A stretch of 64,000 nt of DNA from Halarcobacter sp. (GCA_963676565.1 OY781089.1:3008001-3072000); one strand, 5' to 3'; counted from the stretch's first letter, positions 31,545 through 42,713 are shown. Program-made: numbers and translations. Notes: generated by a model not told the origin, from the sequence alone.

Positions 31545-32420
31545 TTAAAAAGTGTTACCAAAGTAATTAGAAATCTTCTCAATATCTTCTTGAGACTTAA
31601 TTTCTATCTTAAAATAGTTTTTTTCAGCCTTAACTTTTAAGTTAGATTTTTTAAGATTTTCAATGGCTGATTCAAGAGGTTTAAAATCAAAATTTTTATT
31701 TTTTGTTTTTGTCTTTTTTTCAGAAGAATCATCTTTTGATGATTTTAATTTTTTCACTAGAGATTCTGTTTCTCTCACTGACAATTTTTGTCCAATAATA
31801 GAATCAGCAACTATTCTTTGTTGTTCATCTTCTAGGCCTAGCATAACCTTTCCATGACCTGCACTAATTTTGTTATTTGCTAACAATTGTTGTACATATG
31901 AACTTAATTGTAAAAGTCTAAGTGTGTTTGTAATTGATGTTCTAGATTTGAAAACTTTTTTAGAAAGCTCTTCATGAGTTATTGAATGTTCGTTAATTAA
32001 TTGTGCATAAGAATAAGCTAATTCAATAATATTTAAATCATCTCTTTGAATATTTTCAATTAAAGCTAATTCTCTTAATTTGAACTCTTCAATATCAATA
32101 ATAATTGCTTTAATTGTATCAAGATTTGCTAGTTTATGTGCCTTTAATCTTCGCTCACCTGCAATTAAAATATAACCATCAGCTTTATCTTTAATTACTG
32201 TAACAGGTTGAAGTAAACCATGAGATAATATTGAATCAGAAAGTTCTTTTAACTTTTCTTCATCAAATATTTTTCTTGGTTGATTAGGATTGGGTTTAAT
32301 TTGATTAATATCTAATTTAATAATTTTATTATTGTCATTTGATTTATCATAATTATTTGAGTTGTTGTAAGCTGTTTCAACTTCACCTAAAAGTTCCCCA
32401 AGTCCTCTACCTAATGCCAT
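31545..32420 (-). CDS. parB: Chromosome partitioning protein
   Basis: ALGRGL, NPNQPRK, IAGERR, ENIQRDDL motifs. Confidence 0.96.
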   Translation of the reverse strand: MALGRGLGELLGEVETAYNNSNNYDKSNDNNKIIKLDINQIKPNPNQPRKIFDEEKLKELSDSILSHGLLQPVTVIKDKADGYILIAGERRLKAHKLANLDTIKAIIIDIEEFKLRELALIENIQRDDLNIIELAYSYAQLINEHSITHEELSKKVFKSRTSITNTLRLLQLSSYVQQLLANNKISAGHGKVMLGLEDEQQRIVADSIIGQKLSVRETESLVKKLKSSKDDSSEKKTKTKNKNFDFKPLESAIENLKKSNLKVKAEKNYFKIEIKSQEDIEKISNYFGNTF

Positions 32421-32440
32421 AATCTATCCTATTTTTAAAA

Positions 32441-33217
32441 TTAACCTGCAATAGCTCTTGCTAAATTTGTATATGCTTTCGTACCAACTGCCATTGAATC
32501 ATATAACATAATTGGTTTACCAAAACTTGGCGATTCTGCAAGCTTGATATTTCGTGGAATAACAACATATGATGATTCATCAACCTTAAATAGTTTACTT
32601 TCAAAGTGTTGTGCTAAATCAGCAAATACTTGTTTAGACAAGTTGTTTTGAGAAGAATACATAGTTGGTAAAAAACCTCTAATTTGTAATCCTCTGTTAA
32701 TAGTTTGTTTTACCAATTTAATTGTATTTAATAGTTGTGCTAACCCCTCTAATGCAAAAAATTCACATTGAATTGGAATTAAGACCGAATTTGATGCACT
32801 TAATGTATTTATCGTAATAGGTCCAAGTGCTGGAGGTGAATCAATTATAATATAGTCAAAATCTTTTCTAACTGGATCAATTTTTCTTTTTAAAACCAAT
32901 TCTCTATCTTGGTTTTGTTTATAGAACTCTTTTTCAATACCAACTAAGCCAATATTTGAAGGCGCAACTTTTAGATTTTCAATTTCGCTATCAAGTATAA
33001 TTTCAGACAATTCTTTTGTCCCTAACATTACATGATAGATATTGTACTCGTAAGTATCTCTATGGAAACCTAGTGAGGTTGTTGCGTTTGCTTGTGGATC
33101 GGCATCAATAAGTAAGACTCTTTTACCATCTAAGGCTAGTGCTGCACTTAAATTTACGGCAGTTGTAGTTTTTCCTACACCACCTTTTTGATTTGCAATT
33201 GCAATTACTTCTGTCAT
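32441..33217 (-). CDS. parA: Chromosome partitioning ATPase (Soj)
   Basis: NQKGGVGKTTT, DPQAN, QCEFFALEG motifs. Confidence 0.96.
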   Translation of the reverse strand: MTEVIAIANQKGGVGKTTTAVNLSAALALDGKRVLLIDADPQANATTSLGFHRDTYEYNIYHVMLGTKELSEIILDSEIENLKVAPSNIGLVGIEKEFYKQNQDRELVLKRKIDPVRKDFDYIIIDSPPALGPITINTLSASNSVLIPIQCEFFALEGLAQLLNTIKLVKQTINRGLQIRGFLPTMYSSQNNLSKQVFADLAQHFESKLFKVDESSYVVIPRNIKLAESPSFGKPIMLYDSMAVGTKAYTNLARAIAG

Positions 33218-33849
33218 CTTAAACTAAAAACCCTTGTGTTATTAATTTCAATAGAACCATCATCATTTAAAATGGCTTTTTTTAAAGAAATTTTATTATT
33301 ATTTATTGTAGCTGTGAAATTTTCGCTTTTTTTGAATTCTATCTTAAATTCCCTAAAAATCTGCTTCCAAGATTGTTCAATTTCTAACTTTTTAAAATAG
33401 TTTTCTAAAGTTTCCTTTATATCAATATTTATATCAAGTTTTCCAAAATCAGAACTAACTTCAATTAAATTTAATCCAATTCCACATAGAACTAAATCTT
33501 TTGTTGCAGTTGTAATAGTTCCACCAATTTTTTTATCATCAATATAAAAGTCATTTGGCCACTTTAACCATAAATTAGAGCCTAAAGAGCTTAAAACTTT
33601 TTTTAAAATAAAAGAAAAATAGATTGAGGCACTTTGAAGTTCTAGATCATTAGGTAAACTTTTTTTCTCTAAAACAAAGGAAAAAAATAGATTTCCCTCT
33701 TTCCCTTGCCAAGAGTTTCCCCTACTTCCTATTCCATTTGTTTGTTTTTTTGTAGTTATACAAAGTGGATAAGTAAAACCTTCCTCTTTGAGTTTGTTTT
33801 TTAAATATGTATGAGTAGAATCTACTTCATCTAAAATAATAATTTCCAT
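33214..33849 (-). CDS. birA: Biotin-[acetyl-CoA carboxylase] ligase
   Basis: DST, QT.G.G.RG..W, KWPND, KIGG motifs. Confidence 0.93.
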   Translation of the reverse strand: MEIIILDEVDSTHTYLKNKLKEEGFTYPLCITTKKQTNGIGSRGNSWQGKEGNLFFSFVLEKKSLPNDLELQSASIYFSFILKKVLSSLGSNLWLKWPNDFYIDDKKIGGTITTATKDLVLCGIGLNLIEVSSDFGKLDINIDIKETLENYFKKLEIEQSWKQIFREFKIEFKKSENFTATINNNKISLKKAILNDDGSIEINNTRVFSLR

Positions 33850-33887
33850 GTTATATTTTATCTTATAAATCTAAAGGAATAAATAAA

Positions 33888-35255
33888 CTATATAATAATT
33901 GTAAAAAGTGCACCTTTGCATTTTTTATTTTTATAAGTATATTCACAATTTGATACTTCAATAGTACCATTCATATTATTTTCGATAATTTTATTTGTCA
34001 TATAAAGACCAATACCTGTTCCACCTTGATTCTCTTTTGTTGTAAAGTTTTGTTCAAAAATTTTAGGTAAAATATTTTCAGCTATTCCTAATGCATTATC
34101 TTTTATTTGTACAATAACTTTTCCATCAATTTTTTTAGAAGAGATAAATATATATCTTTTTTGATCTTTTGAAATATTTGATACTAAAGCATCATTAGAG
34201 TTTTGAATAATATTTAAAAAAGCTTGTTTCATTTCATTTTCATATCCATAAATCTCTAAAGAATCATCAAAATCTTTTATAACTTCAATATATTCACTTA
34301 ATAATGAAGCCTCAACAATAGAAAGACTCTGTTCAATATTTTGTTTTAAGTTAAAAAAGTTTTTAGATTTATCTTTTTTATAAAAATTTCTAAAATCATC
34401 AATTGTTTGAGATAAATGTTTTGTAGTTTTAACAATATTATCTAAACTATTTTTTGCATTTTTTTTATTAAAATTACCCATTTCTATATAAAGATTTAGA
34501 CCACTTGCAATTGTACTAATAGCACTTAATGGCTGTCTCCATTGATGGGCAATATTCCCAATCATTTCTCCTACAAATGCTAATTTACTCTGATGATAAA
34601 TAATTGCTGATTTTTTTTCACTTTCAATCACTTCCTCTTGAATTCTTTTTTCTAATTGTTTATTAGCAATTTCAAGTTCTTCATTTACCATTTTCAATTT
34701 TTCAATATCATCTTGAGCTTTTGAAATAGAAAGAGCAATAAAAGAACTAACCATTGAAATCACTTCTTTATCTTTGTCGTTAAAAGGTACAAGCTCATTA
34801 TCTTTAGATTTATTAAGAAGTTGTAAAACTCCTAGTTTTTTATTTTCTATGGGATGGACAATTGGTGCAGTAATAATTGATTTTGTTCTGTAATTAAAAC
34901 GTTTATCAAACTCTTTAACTCCTAAAAAATCAAATTCTTTTTCTTCATAAACATCATCAATGGCTATAATTTTATTTGAAATAAATGATTTTACTGCTAA
35001 ATACTTTTCTTGTTCAGTTAAAGAAAGTTTGACATCTTTTAAAGAATAAAATTGTCTATAGATGTTTTCATAAGACATGGCATCATTTTGAAAAACATTA
35101 AAAGATAAATAATCTCCTTCGATTATATATATACTTCCTGCTTCAGAATTTAATACAGATCTTGCATGCTTTAATATTTTATGTAATAAAACATCAAAAT
35201 CATTTAATTTAAAAAGACTAGGATCATATATATCAGAAATATTTTTTTCTTTCAT
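33888..35255 (-). CDS. Cytoplasmic GAF-domain sensor histidine kinase
   Basis: GAF (FDKRFNYRTKSII..P, GVLQLLNK), H-box IAHQWRQPL, N/G boxes (NIIQNS.DA, DNALGI, GTGIGL). Confidence 0.9.
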   Translation of the reverse strand: MKEKNISDIYDPSLFKLNDFDVLLHKILKHARSVLNSEAGSIYIIEGDYLSFNVFQNDAMSYENIYRQFYSLKDVKLSLTEQEKYLAVKSFISNKIIAIDDVYEEKEFDFLGVKEFDKRFNYRTKSIITAPIVHPIENKKLGVLQLLNKSKDNELVPFNDKDKEVISMVSSFIALSISKAQDDIEKLKMVNEELEIANKQLEKRIQEEVIESEKKSAIIYHQSKLAFVGEMIGNIAHQWRQPLSAISTIASGLNLYIEMGNFNKKNAKNSLDNIVKTTKHLSQTIDDFRNFYKKDKSKNFFNLKQNIEQSLSIVEASLLSEYIEVIKDFDDSLEIYGYENEMKQAFLNIIQNSNDALVSNISKDQKRYIFISSKKIDGKVIVQIKDNALGIAENILPKIFEQNFTTKENQGGTGIGLYMTNKIIENNMNGTIEVSNCEYTYKNKKCKGALFTIII

Positions 35256-35294
35256 AGTTTCACTTAAAATAATTTTAAATCATTATATCAAAGA

Positions 35295-36215
35295 TTATTT
35301 TAAAATGTCACCGATTTCTAATCTCTTACCTCTTATGTAGTCTGTAGCATTAACTGCTTTTTTAGATGGAGCTTGTAAAGTTTTTACTTCTAAAGAGCCA
35401 GTTTTACAGCCTATAAGTATAGAATTATTTTTGATATCTAGAATTTGACCCTCTTTATTTGAAGATGAATTCTCAAATATAGTAATATCTTTTAGTTTTA
35501 AACCTGAACTTAGAAAAACACCTGGCCAAAAAGAATAAGCTTTATATTTTAGATGAAGTTTTTTTGCACTTACAAAATCAACTTCACCATCCTCTTTTTT
35601 TATTTTTTTACAAAAGCTTACTTCTGATTCATTTTGTTTTTTTGGTTTTATATTTTCAAAATTATTTAATGTAGTTATTGTTAATTTTGCAGCTATTTCA
35701 GATAACTTATTAAAAGCTTCAACTACATCCATTGTTGGAGTAATTTTAAGATACTGTAAACCTAAAATATCTCCTGAATCAAGTCCCTCTTCCATTAGCA
35801 TTGAAGTAACACCTGTAAATTCATCATCATTTAATAATGATTCTTGAATAGGACTAGCTCCTCTGTATTTAGGTAATAAAGAAGCATGAAGATTTATACA
35901 TGGAGCAATAGCTAAAATATCTTTTGGTAAAATTTGTCCATAGGCTGCAACAATTATAAAATCAGGTTTTAAATTTTCTATTTGTTTTTTTGCATCTTCA
36001 TTTCCCCTTAATCTTTCAGGTTGATAAATAGGGATACCAAGATTTTTGTCTAAGCAAAACTGTTTTATATGAGGAGCTGTTATAACTTGTTTTCTACCAA
36101 CTGGTTTATCTGGTTGAGTAAATAATCCTACTATTTCATATGAACTATTTAAAATCTCTTCAAAGATTTTTGTAGCATAATCAGGTGTTCCCATAAATAA
36201 GATTTTTTTACTCAT
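35295..36215 (-). CDS. fmt: Methionyl-tRNA formyltransferase
   Basis: FMGTP, TQPDKP.GR, NLHASLLPKYRGASPI motifs. Confidence 0.96.
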   Translation of the reverse strand: MSKKILFMGTPDYATKIFEEILNSSYEIVGLFTQPDKPVGRKQVITAPHIKQFCLDKNLGIPIYQPERLRGNEDAKKQIENLKPDFIIVAAYGQILPKDILAIAPCINLHASLLPKYRGASPIQESLLNDDEFTGVTSMLMEEGLDSGDILGLQYLKITPTMDVVEAFNKLSEIAAKLTITTLNNFENIKPKKQNESEVSFCKKIKKEDGEVDFVSAKKLHLKYKAYSFWPGVFLSSGLKLKDITIFENSSSNKEGQILDIKNNSILIGCKTGSLEVKTLQAPSKKAVNATDYIRGKRLEIGDILK

Positions 36216-36241
36216 ATTAGTTCCTTTATTAAATGTTTAAT

Positions 36242-37042
36242 CTAATTTTTTTTTGGTAAGAAAAGTGTGCCGCTTTTATGATTCTCTTCACAAAAATATT
36301 CATATGCATTAGTTAAATCAAACCCAGATGTTAAATACATAGATTTTCCTTTTTTCATAAGAAAATCTGCTGCTTTTAATTTTGTAGCAATTCCACCTGT
36401 AGCAAATTCTGTATTAGGTGTATGAACTGCGTTTACCATCTCATCACTAATATAATCTACTTCTTTTAATAAAACTGCATCATCAAATTGATGTGGATGT
36501 TTATTGTAATATCCATCAATATCAGTTAAAATAGCTAACATATCTGCTTCAAAAAAATGAGTAACGTGGGCTGCTAATTGATCATTGTCACCAAATAAAA
36601 GTTCATCTGTCGCTGTTACATCATTTTCATTTATAATTGGTAAAACATTGTTTTTTAATAAAACTTCAATTGCACCTTTTGCATAAGCAGTTCTTTTTCT
36701 AGAATCAAAGTCATCTGCTATTAAAAGCATTTGCGCACATATAATATTATGTTCTCTAAACTCTTTTTTATAATGTTTTAATAAAAGGGGTTGTCCAATA
36801 GCAGCTAAAGCTTGTCTATTTTCAATTTTATGTTTATTTAATTGTAAAGAGGTAAATCCAGCTGCAACTGCACCAGAACTAACTAATATAACCTCCACTC
36901 CCTTTTTGTTTTTTAATTTAGAAATAAAATCTACCAGATTTTTTAATCTTTGTGTTGCAAGTTTTCCATCTTCAGTTAAAACAGCACTTCCAACTTTAAT
37001 TACCAATCTTTTATATGATGGCATGGTTGCATTATTTTCCAT
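36242..37042 (-). CDS. proB: Glutamate 5-kinase (no PUA domain)
   Basis: VIKVGSA, VSSGAV, NEND, FGDND, TGGI.TK motifs. Confidence 0.94.
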   Translation of the reverse strand: MENNATMPSYKRLVIKVGSAVLTEDGKLATQRLKNLVDFISKLKNKKGVEVILVSSGAVAAGFTSLQLNKHKIENRQALAAIGQPLLLKHYKKEFREHNIICAQMLLIADDFDSRKRTAYAKGAIEVLLKNNVLPIINENDVTATDELLFGDNDQLAAHVTHFFEADMLAILTDIDGYYNKHPHQFDDAVLLKEVDYISDEMVNAVHTPNTEFATGGIATKLKAADFLMKKGKSMYLTSGFDLTNAYEYFCEENHKSGTLFLPKKN

Positions 37043-37043
37043 T

Positions 37044-38135
37044 TTATTTATTTTGTCCTATTAATTCATATAAAGCAAATCTAATTGCATTTGTGTTTAA
37101 ATGAGTTACTGATGAGATTGGTAATACAAAAAATGGTTTTTGTTCATCAAATTTGTTAAAAGTTAAATCTTGTACATAATATGGTAATGATTTATTAAAA
37201 CCATATTCATTTGAAGAACTCACTTCAAGCCCAATATCTTCAATAAACGTTTTAATATCACCTTCTAAGTCCTCGCCATAATAAGCATCAACTTTTGTCA
37301 AGGCAATAGCAAAATTTCTTCCACTAAGTTCAGTTGAGAATTTTTTAACCTCTTCTTTTAAAACTTCATATTGCTCTATAGTTGTTCTATAATTTGCAAT
37401 ATCAATCATAAAAAGTAAAGTTTTTGTTCTCTCAATATGTTTTAAAAACTCTAAACCTAAACCTCTTCCCTCTGATGCTCCATCAATAATTCCAGGAATA
37501 TCAGCCATAACAAATGAGTTAAAATCACCAACTTCAACTACACCTAATTTTGGAGTAATAGTTGTAAATTCATAATTTGCAATCTCTGGACTTGCATTTG
37601 ATGAAGTTGAAATAAGTGTAGATTTTCCTACATTTGGATATCCAACTAGACCTACATCAGCAATAAGTTTTAATTCTAGTCTAATCTCAAGACTTTGTCC
37701 AGGAAGTCCAGGTTGACAATAAGTTGGTCTTTGGTTACTTGCATTTTTAAAGTGAGTATTACCTAAACCACCCTTTCCTCCTTCTAGAAGTAGTTCTTTT
37801 TGTCCCTCTTCTAAAAGATCTAATAAAATTTCACCTGTTTGGTTATCTATAACTTGAGTTCCAGGGGGTACAACTAAAACTAATGGTTCAGCTGATTTAC
37901 CAGTTTTATTTCTACCTTCACCTTGTTTTCCATTATTTGCTTTAATTACAGCTCTACCCTTGTACCAAGATAAGGTATCAGTATTGTTGTCTACTTGGAA
38001 GTAAACATCTCCACCTTTTCCACCATCTCCTCCATCAGGTCCACCTTTAATTACAAACTTTTCTCTTCTAAATGAGGCACAACCTTGTCCACCTTTTCCT
38101 GATGAAACGGTAAATTTAACGCTATCTATAAACAC
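37044..38135 (-). CDS. obgE: GTPase Obg
   Basis: FRREK...[22 protein letters not shown] motifs. Confidence 0.97.
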   Translation of the reverse strand: MFIDSVKFTVSSGKGGQGCASFRREKFVIKGGPDGGDGGKGGDVYFQVDNNTDTLSWYKGRAVIKANNGKQGEGRNKTGKSAEPLVLVVPPGTQVIDNQTGEILLDLLEEGQKELLLEGGKGGLGNTHFKNASNQRPTYCQPGLPGQSLEIRLELKLIADVGLVGYPNVGKSTLISTSSNASPEIANYEFTTITPKLGVVEVGDFNSFVMADIPGIIDGASEGRGLGLEFLKHIERTKTLLFMIDIANYRTTIEQYEVLKEEVKKFSTELSGRNFAIALTKVDAYYGEDLEGDIKTFIEDIGLEVSSSNEYGFNKSLPYYVQDLTFNKFDEQKPFFVLPISSVTHLNTNAIRFALYELIGQNK

Positions 38136-38278
38136 TATTTTTTCCTTATTAATGTCCTATCTTCTTTCTTTAATGAAATCAAATTCCATTTTAAGAAGCC
38201 TAAATGTTTCTCTTTATGAGAAAACCTAAATTATCAATAATCAAATATCTATTTAATATTTCATTATTAATAATTACT

Positions 38279-38314
38279 AAAAAAGGGTGTAGGCAAAAGC
38301 ACTACACCCTTTTT
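38279..38314 (-). terminator. Rho-independent terminator after rplU-rpmA
   Basis: AAAAAGGGTGTAG...CTACACCCTTTTT inverted repeat. Confidence 0.8.
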
Positions 38315-38336
38315 AAAATTAAACCTGTATGAGAAA

Positions 38337-38591
38337 TTATGAAGCGTATACAGATACTTTTTTTCTATCTTTGTCTTTTACTTCAAATTTTACAACACCA
38401 TCAATTAGTGCGTAAATAGTGTGGTCTTTTCCAATTCCTACGTTTTCTCCACAGTGTACTTTTGTACCTCTTTGTCTAATGATGATATTTCCAGCTCTAA
38501 CTGTTTCACCACCAAACTTTTTAACACCAAGTCTTTTTCCAGCTGAATCTCTATTATTCTGAGTAGATCCTTGACCTTTCTTGTGAGCCAT
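38337..38591 (-). CDS. rpmA: 50S ribosomal protein L27
   Basis: [14 protein letters not shown]...RLGVK. Confidence 0.98.
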   Translation of the reverse strand: MAHKKGQGSTQNNRDSAGKRLGVKKFGGETVRAGNIIIRQRGTKVHCGENVGIGKDHTIYALIDGVVKFEVKDKDRKKVSVYAS

Positions 38592-38608
38592 ACTTTATCT
38601 CCTTAAAC

Positions 38609-38926
38609 TTATGCAGCGATTTTAGTAATTCTAACTTTTGTGAAGCTTCTTCTGAAACCTCTTTTTAATTTAGAATCTTTTCTTCTTCTTTTTTTGTAAA
38701 TGATAACTTTTTTATCTCTATTTACACCAGTTCCATCTAAAACAACTTCAGCTTCTACTTTTGCAGTAGATACAGCATCACCAGTTTTTAACTCACCATC
38801 GTTTATTGCTAAAACATCAGTGATTTCTAAAGTTTCTTTAGCAGCTTTACCAGTATAATCAATATCTAAAATATCACCCTCAGATACTTTGTACTGCTTA
38901 CCACCACACTTAATAATTGCGTACAT
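38609..38926 (-). CDS. rplU: 50S ribosomal protein L21
   Basis: MYAII..GGKQYKV; KKRRRK...KRGFR. Confidence 0.97.
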   Translation of the reverse strand: MYAIIKCGGKQYKVSEGDILDIDYTGKAAKETLEITDVLAINDGELKTGDAVSTAKVEAEVVLDGTGVNRDKKVIIYKKRRRKDSKLKRGFRRSFTKVRITKIAA

Positions 38927-39044
38927 ATTTCAATCCTCTAATTTATCAATCTTTTTTACTATAACTTTTAACGGGACGAAATATTATCTAATATTAGTTT
39001 AAAGTTTCTTTAAGCCAATATATTGAATCAATAGTATTTTATAT

Positions 39045-39428
39045 TTATCTAAAATCAATTGGCAAGGCAATTGCATCCATAACTACCATTGAACCCATTG
39101 GTAGCCTTCTTGCTTCAACAGTTGTTCTTGCTGGTTTATGATCTCCAAAAGCTTCTGCAAATAATACATTTACAATACCAAAATCATCCATATTCTCTAA
39201 ATGAACATTAACTTTTATAACTTTGTCCATTGAACTTTCAGAATCTTCAAGTAAGTTTTTTAAGTTTTCTAATACTTGTCTAGTTTGTATTTTTATATCT
39301 CTTACAACTATCTCACCATCTTGTGTTAAAGGTATCTGTGCAGATGTGTAGATAAATCCATTTGCTCTAATTGCTTGTGAGTATGGTCCAATTGCTTCTG
39401 GTAACTTACTACTTTCTAAAAATTCCAT
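39045..39428 (-). CDS. RidA/YjgF family enamine deaminase
   Basis: P.AIGPYSQA, PAR..V....LP motifs. Confidence 0.9.
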   Translation of the reverse strand: MEFLESSKLPEAIGPYSQAIRANGFIYTSAQIPLTQDGEIVVRDIKIQTRQVLENLKNLLEDSESSMDKVIKVNVHLENMDDFGIVNVLFAEAFGDHKPARTTVEARRLPMGSMVVMDAIALPIDFR

Positions 39429-39540
39429 TTTTTCTCCCTAAGAATTGCCCTTTTTTAAGGGCGCCCCTAAATTAATTATTTTTTAACAAATGAAAGAACT
39501 TCTTCTTTCTTGCTTAAGTTGATGAATTTTACAAAAATAA

Positions 39541-41178
39541 TTATAAATTATAACTTACTAATTTACCTAATTTTAATTGATATATATTATCTTTTATTTT
39601 TCTTAGCATTGTTGCTTTTTCCCTAAAAGCTAAAGTTTGATCATATTGAATATTTCTTAATTTATTTGTATAAAACTTCAATAATAACACTAACAACTCA
39701 CTATTTAATCTTTCATCGTCATAAACTTCTAATTTATCATTTATTAAAATTCCATTAAAACTTTGATTTTTGATATCTGTAATTAATAATTCAAATTCAT
39801 TTCTATGATACTCAAACATTGATGCATCAACTAAATCTAAAACTTTGTCTAATCTACTTGGTTTTTCTAAAATTGTTTTTATTATACATAGTTCAGCAAT
39901 ATCTATTTTTGTTAAATTAACTTCCGTTGGTCTTACATTATCAGTTGTAGTTTTTATTAAAGTTTCCCTTACATTTAATCTTTGAGCTAAATATCTTTTG
40001 TATTCATCTTGGTAAATTATCCCCAATGATTTTAGATAATCATTTGCTTCTAAGAGTGCTTTTTGCTTAGAACTTGGATTATTTATATCATATTTTGAAA
40101 TTATATAATCTATTGCAAAAGGAATAAATGGCTTTGGATTATCAAATATTTTATTTAACTCTTCAACTTTTCCATCATTTACCATATCAGCTGGATCTTT
40201 ACCTTCACCAAAGATAACAACACCACCTTCAAAATCACCTTGAGAAAGCATAACTGAAGCCTTAAATGCTGCATTTAAACCAGCATTATCACCATCATAG
40301 GCAAGAATAACCTTTGGTTCTCCCCTTCTAATTAAAGGTAAATGTTCTTTGGTTAAAGCAGTTCCAAGGGTTGCAACAGCAGTTGTAAAACCTGCTTGAT
40401 GAAGCATAATAACATCTAAATATCCTTCAGTTACAATAATTCTGTTTCTTTTGTATATATGCTCTTTTGCAAGGTTATATCCATATAAAAGTTTTGATTT
40501 ATTAAATATTTTTGTTTGGGGTGAATTTACATATTTAGCATTATGCCCTGTAATTGTTCTTCCACCAAAACCAACTATTTTTCCACTTTGTGAATATATA
40601 GGAAAAGTAATTCTTTCTATGAATCTAGAATATAAACCATTTTGTCCAGTATCAATAACACCTAACTCTTTTGCATCTGCAAGATTAAAATAATTGCTTT
40701 TTAAAAAATTGATTGTATCATTTGAACTTGGAGCATATCCTATTTCAAATTTTTCTATTGAAAACTCTGAGATTCCTCTTTTTTTAATATACTCTTTTGC
40801 AATATCATTGCTAACAAAAAGTTTTTGATAAAATTTATTAACCTCTTCTAATACTTTTAAATCTTGCTTTTTCTGATTTGATTCATCATAACTTAGGGTA
40901 AAATTATACATTGAAGCCAATTTTTCAATTGCTTCAGGGAAAGATAGTTTTTCATATTCCATAACAAAACTAATGGCATTATTCCCACCTGCACCACAAC
41001 CAAAACAGTGATAAATCTGTTTTGCAGGGCTTACGACAAAAGAGGGAGTATCTTCTCCATGAAAGGGGCAACAAGCTTTAAAATTTGCACCACTTTTTTT
41101 TAATTCTACATATTGGGAAATAACATCTACAATATCAAGGTGGTTTTTTAAATTTTCTATGGAGTCTTTTGTAATCAT
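39541..41178 (-). CDS. dnaG: DNA primase
   Basis: CPFH..C..C zinc finger, KYVNSP, EGYLDV, AYDGD.AG Toprim motifs. Confidence 0.97.
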   Translation of the reverse strand: MITKDSIENLKNHLDIVDVISQYVELKKSGANFKACCPFHGEDTPSFVVSPAKQIYHCFGCGAGGNNAISFVMEYEKLSFPEAIEKLASMYNFTLSYDESNQKKQDLKVLEEVNKFYQKLFVSNDIAKEYIKKRGISEFSIEKFEIGYAPSSNDTINFLKSNYFNLADAKELGVIDTGQNGLYSRFIERITFPIYSQSGKIVGFGGRTITGHNAKYVNSPQTKIFNKSKLLYGYNLAKEHIYKRNRIIVTEGYLDVIMLHQAGFTTAVATLGTALTKEHLPLIRRGEPKVILAYDGDNAGLNAAFKASVMLSQGDFEGGVVIFGEGKDPADMVNDGKVEELNKIFDNPKPFIPFAIDYIISKYDINNPSSKQKALLEANDYLKSLGIIYQDEYKRYLAQRLNVRETLIKTTTDNVRPTEVNLTKIDIAELCIIKTILEKPSRLDKVLDLVDASMFEYHRNEFELLITDIKNQSFNGILINDKLEVYDDERLNSELLVLLLKFYTNKLRNIQYDQTLAFREKATMLRKIKDNIYQLKLGKLVSYNL

Positions 41179-41254
41179 AGTGAGAATTATACCTTTTTAT
41201 TATTTTATATGCCCTTTTATGTTATATTCTTTCAAATTTAAAATGAGGTTTTTC

Positions 41255-42304
41255 TTGGACAGTATACTCTTAGAATATAGAGATCCACTATTTGGTGTTG
41301 TAGTTCTTTTTGCACTTATTTTTGCAATATCTTTCTTAACTCACTCTTTTTCTATCTATAAAGAGAAAAAGGCTAGAAGAGATTATAAAAAACTTTTAAG
41401 AAGATTTGAGATTGGAAAATTAAAAGAAGAGGATTATGTTCATCTATATAAAACTTATAATCTTCCCTTTGATTCAATTATTCTTTTAGCTTCAACCTTC
41501 TTACAAAAAGGTAATTATAATAAAGCTATATCTGTTTATCTATCACTTTTAGAGATTGTTACAGATAGAGTAAAAAAAGAAGAATTATTAGAATTACTTG
41601 GAACAACATATTTTAAAAGTGGTTTTATGCAAAGAGCAAGGGATATATTTTTAAGAATTTTAAAATTTTCTCCTAGAAATAAAAAAGCCCTTTATCACCT
41701 ACTTATCATTAATGAAAAATTAAAAGAGTATGAAAAAGCAAAAGAGGTTATTGAGTGTTTAGATGAGATTGGTGATGATACAAAAAAAGATAAAGTTTTT
41801 ATTGATACCTTAACCATAATAAATGACCCTTTAGAATCTTTTGAGAAAAAAGGTGAAAAGCTTTATAAAATCTTTAAAGAAAATAATGATGTTCAAAGAC
41901 TTGTTGCAAGCTATTTTATAAGATACAATAAAGAGTTTTTTTGGAATCACTTAGATGAGTTTGAACCAAAAAAATTTACCGACTTAATGTGGTATTTAAA
42001 TTTTGATGATATTGATTTTGAAAAAGTTTCGAAGAATAAGTTCTTAAATGAACTGTATAATGCAAAAGGGTATTTAGACACTCTAGATCATAGTGATGAT
42101 TTTGTATTTGATATTTTAATTGTTTTAAATAAACATGAACATAAAATTCCAGCTACAATTGATTTTGAATTTATTTGTAATTCGTGCAAACAAATACACC
42201 CTATGTTTGATACAAGATGCCCACACTGTCACTCAATTTTAAGTTTTGAAGTAAAACACAATATAGTAAAGGACTTAGTTGAAAGAAATCAATCTTTACA
42301 GTGA
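41255..42304 (+). CDS. LapB/YciM-like TPR membrane protein with C-terminal rubredoxin-like zinc site
   Basis: N-terminal TM, TPRs, CNSC...CPHC; likely TTG start at 41255 after GAGG SD (ORF track start overlaps dnaG). Confidence 0.7.
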   Translation: MDSILLEYRDPLFGVVVLFALIFAISFLTHSFSIYKEKKARRDYKKLLRRFEIGKLKEEDYVHLYKTYNLPFDSIILLASTFLQKGNYNKAISVYLSLLEIVTDRVKKEELLELLGTTYFKSGFMQRARDIFLRILKFSPRNKKALYHLLIINEKLKEYEKAKEVIECLDEIGDDTKKDKVFIDTLTIINDPLESFEKKGEKLYKIFKENNDVQRLVASYFIRYNKEFFWNHLDEFEPKKFTDLMWYLNFDDIDFEKVSKNKFLNELYNAKGYLDTLDHSDDFVFDILIVLNKHEHKIPATIDFEFICNSCKQIHPMFDTRCPHCHSILSFEVKHNIVKDLVERNQSLQ

Positions 42305-42713
42305 TGGCTCTTCTTTAGGAAATCCAGGACCAGGTGGTTGGGGAACTATTTTAGAATATAAAGGAAAAGAAAGAGAACTTTCTGGAGCTGTAGATAATAC
42401 AACAAATAATCAAATGGAATTAAAAGGTGTAATAGAAGGATTAAAAGCTTTAAAAGAACCTTGTGTTGTAAATATTATCTCTGATTCAACTTATGTTGTA
42501 AAAGGGATAAATGAATGGCTTAATTCTTGGATTAGAAATAACTGGAAAACTGCATCAAAAAAACCTGTTAAGAATTTAGAACTTTGGCAGGAGTATGTAG
42601 AAGTTAGTAAATTACATAAAATCAATGCTACTTGGGTAAAAGGTCATGCAGGACATAAACATAATGAAAGATGTGATATACTTGCACGCTCACAAGCAGA
42701 GAGTATAAAGTAA
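42279..42713 (+). CDS. rnhA: Ribonuclease HI
   Basis: DGS..GNPGPGG, TTNN.MEL, DS.Y, WVKGHAGH..NE.CD motifs. Confidence 0.96.
   Translation: MKEINLYSDGSSLGNPGPGGWGTILEYKGKERELSGAVDNTTNNQMELKGVIEGLKALKEPCVVNIISDSTYVVKGINEWLNSWIRNNWKTASKKPVKNLELWQEYVEVSKLHKINATWVKGHAGHKHNERCDILARSQAESIK

Noticed and set aside
38140..38280. Several weak AT-rich hairpins in the obgE leader
   Set aside because: Expected by chance at this AT content; no supporting motif.
39430..39540. Possible ncRNA between dnaG and the RidA gene (GCCCTT...AAGGGC hairpin)
   Set aside because: Only one short hairpin; no recognisable SRP, 6S or tRNA features.
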